DNA from: Felis catus
Taxonomy: Eukaryota
DNA: 64,000 bases
Reading direction: 5' to 3'
NCBI RefSeq assembly: GCF_018350175.1
Contig: NC_058368.1
Coordinates: forward strand, 149,112,001 to 149,176,000
Of this stretch, positions 62,225-64,000 are shown in pieces; the stretch's first letter is position 1, and every line of letters starts with the position of its first letter. A program made the translations under genes and the position numbers. The notes beneath the pieces were generated by a model that was given only the letters and a program-made list of their open reading frames with translations, searched no databases and had not been told where the DNA came from.

Positions 62225-63140
62225 ATTTTTTAAGCAGCTTTACTGAGGCATAATTGTGACACAAAGAACTACACATATTTAATGTGTACAATTTGATTAT
62301 TTTGGACATATGTAAACACATGATACCATCACCACAAGCAAGGTAATAGATATGTCTAACACCCCCCGAAGTATCCTCTGTCTGTTTGTGGTTTTTTGTT
62401 TGTTTGTTTGTCTGGTCATGGTAAGAACACTTAACATGAAATCTGCCCTCTTAAATTCTGAAGTGCACAATATTACATTATTTACTATAGGCACTGACTG
62501 CACTTCGCAGAAAATCTCTACAACTTACTCATTTAGTATAACTGACTTTATACCCATTGAACAATAACTCCCCATTTCTACCATCGCCTGGCCCCTGGTA
62601 ATCAGTATTCTCTGCTTCAATGCGCTTGTGTATGTATGTATGTATGTATGTATGTATGTATGTATGTATATTTTTGAAAGAGAGAGACAGACAGAGGGAA
62701 AGCAGGGGAGAAGAAGAGGGAGAGGGAGACACCAAATCTGAAGCAGGCTCCAGGCTCAGAGCTGTCAGCACAGAGCCCAATGTGGGGCTCAAACCCATGA
62801 ACCACGAGATCATGACCTGAACCCGAAGTCAGACAATTAACCGACTGAGCCACCCAGGCACCCCTATGCCCTTGTCTATTTCAGATTCCTCATATAAATG
62901 AAATTATACAGTATTTGTCTTTCTGTGATTGGTTTATCTCACTTAACATAATGTCCTCTGGGGCTATGCATGTTGTCACAAAGGGCAAGATTTCCTTCTT
63001 TTTTAAGGCTGAATAATACTCTGTTGTGTGTGTAATGTATAATATATAATAATACACACACACACACACATACATATATCACATCTTCATCTGTCAATGG
63101 ACAATTTGAGTTGTTTCTGTATTCTTGGCTACTGTGAAAA
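62225..63140 (-). mobile_element. L1MA/MB-like 3' end interrupted by a SINE, within an older L1 (about 61970-63880)
   Basis: cagctttactgaggcataattg, tcagattcctcatataaatgaaattatacagtatttgtc. Confidence 0.88.
62630..62864 (-). mobile_element. CAN-SINE with (TACA)n tail
   Basis: TSD atgc[g/c]cttgt. Confidence 0.94.
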
Positions 63141-63884
63141 TTTTTCTAAGGATGTTATATAAATATCATCCTACCATGTGTAATTTTTTGAAATGAGCTT
63201 TTATTCACTTATGCTTTTGAAATTCATCCAAGTTGGTGCATCTATCGATAGTTCATTCCTTCTGTTTGCTGACAACTATTTCACAAAGTTGGTTTATCCT
63301 TTCACTGGTTGAAAGACACTTAAGTTGTTTTTGGTAGTTATGATTACAGCTACTATAAACATTCATGTAAAGATTGTTCAGAGAGTGTAAGCTTCTGTCT
63401 GCACTGTGAGTACTCAGGGGTAAGATTGCTGGAAAATAGGGTAAGTTTAACTTTATAAAATCCTGCAAAACTGTTTTCTGGAGAAGCTACACTATTCCAT
63501 ATTTTCACCAGTAATATATGAGGGTTCCAGTTGTTCTGGAACTGCCTAACCCTTGGTATTGCCAGTAATTTTTCTTTTAGCTACTCAAATACCTGTGTAG
63601 TGGCATCTCACTAGTTTTATATGCAGTTCTTAATGACTACTTATGTTCAATATTTTTCATATTATATGCTTGTACATTTTTCATAAGCACTGTATTCAAA
63701 TTTTTTAGTCATTTTTAGATTAAATTGCTGCATTTTTATTATTGAATTTTGAGAATTCTTTGCTTTGTATATTGTCCATGTAAGTGCTTTGTTACATATG
63801 TGATTATAAATATTTTAATCTATGGCTTATATTTTATTTTGCTAAGTTTGTCTTTCAAGACAAAAGTTTTGTTTTGCTAATATT

Positions 63885-64000
63885 TTTTAATAAATATTAT
63901 ATCTTAATATTTAATACATTTAATATGTTGCTAACATTTAATATAGTTACATATTAATATTTAATGCTATATTAATATGTTAAATTATATGAATAAATAA
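63885..64000. repeat. AT-rich low-complexity tract
   Basis: Recurring ttaatat/atttaat units. Confidence 0.7.

Overview
AT-rich mammalian genomic DNA, almost certainly from a cat-family (Felidae) genome, judged by about 20 tRNA-derived CAN-SINEs of feline type and L1_Fc-like LINE-1s. The window is intronic or intergenic and dominated by transposable elements. It holds one near-full-length but inactivated L1 with target-site duplications (TSDs; 14879-20783), a young 5'-inverted L1 nested in a SINE nested in an old LTR (36676-38420), an old L1 whose 5'UTR is fused directly to the end of ORF2 (42741-45240), many truncated L1/L2/MIR relics, solo LTRs, DNA-transposon MITEs and microsatellites. All long ORFs in the track are L1-derived, and no host protein gene can be named. 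A few short splice-site-bounded segments, mostly on the minus strand, may be small exons of a large unidentified gene or lncRNA, but that is inference. I found no firm evidence for a new biological system. The best leads are the nested twin-primed insertion, the internally deleted L1, the candidate micro-exons and an overlapping double hairpin at 1168-1202. Repeat family names come from recognising consensus motifs by eye, not from a database search, and boundaries without TSDs are approximate.
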